From NCBI RefSeq assembly GCF_963921235.1, contig NC_086097.1, positions 22,508,001-22,572,000 on the forward strand: DNA of 64,000 bases, in the 5' to 3' direction. Source of the DNA: Mobula hypostoma (lineage: Eukaryota). The notes under the pieces are model-generated. The model ran no database searches, was not told the origin of the DNA, and saw only the letters and a program-made list of their open reading frames with translations. This document shows, one piece after another, positions 63,901-64,000 of this stretch. Both the position numbers and the translations under genes were made by a program. How positions within the stretch are numbered: the first letter of the stretch is position 1; each line of letters opens with the position of its first letter.

Positions 63901-64000
63901 AAAATCAACATTTCGAGTCATAATTCTGCATTAGGACACCTGGTTGTGGCCAAACTAGGGGCATGGAAATAGAGCTGGAAGCTATGTGAATTTGCATCTG

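Larger units (their letters stand above)
1..64000 (+). other. NRXN3: Internal part of an alpha-neurexin (likely NRXN3) gene; intronic apart from the three SS1 micro-exons
   Basis: Neither the upstream LNS1-EGF1 exon nor the downstream LNS2 exon (..ATFRGSEY..) is seen, so both flanking introns extend beyond the window, consistent with very large neurexin introns. Confidence 0.75.

Noticed and set aside
1..64000. CRISPR arrays, rRNA or prokaryotic operons
   Set aside because: No regularly spaced repeat-spacer array, rRNA-like sequence or gene-dense region; the sequence is vertebrate intron.

Overview
Eukaryotic, repeat-dense vertebrate DNA. The repeat landscape (abundant CR1 LINEs, V-SINE-like elements, Penelope-like elements, Rex/Babar, Tc1) suggests a cartilaginous fish, probably a ray; this is an inference. 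The only host-gene sequence I can support is three phase-1 micro-exons on the + strand (18, 30 and 12 nt; EVNRVP / GFSHLMMGEQ / GRSK). They match the splice-site-1 (SS1) cassette exons of alpha-neurexin, best NRXN3, and sit in a ~6 kb transposon-free island. The rest is intron, filled with CR1 (one near-full-length, disabled), two decayed Tc1 copies, a Harbinger deletion derivative, two solo LTRs with TSDs, SINEs and many Penelope-like ends carrying minimal hammerhead-ribozyme motifs. The most striking structure is a 261-bp insertion with a 14-bp TSD: a spacer-less ~225-bp palindrome with a hammerhead core on each strand. An older relative and other 14-bp-TSD Penelope-end insertions also occur in the window. 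Protein and family assignments come from recalled motifs, not database searches. Coordinates of degenerate repeats are approximate.
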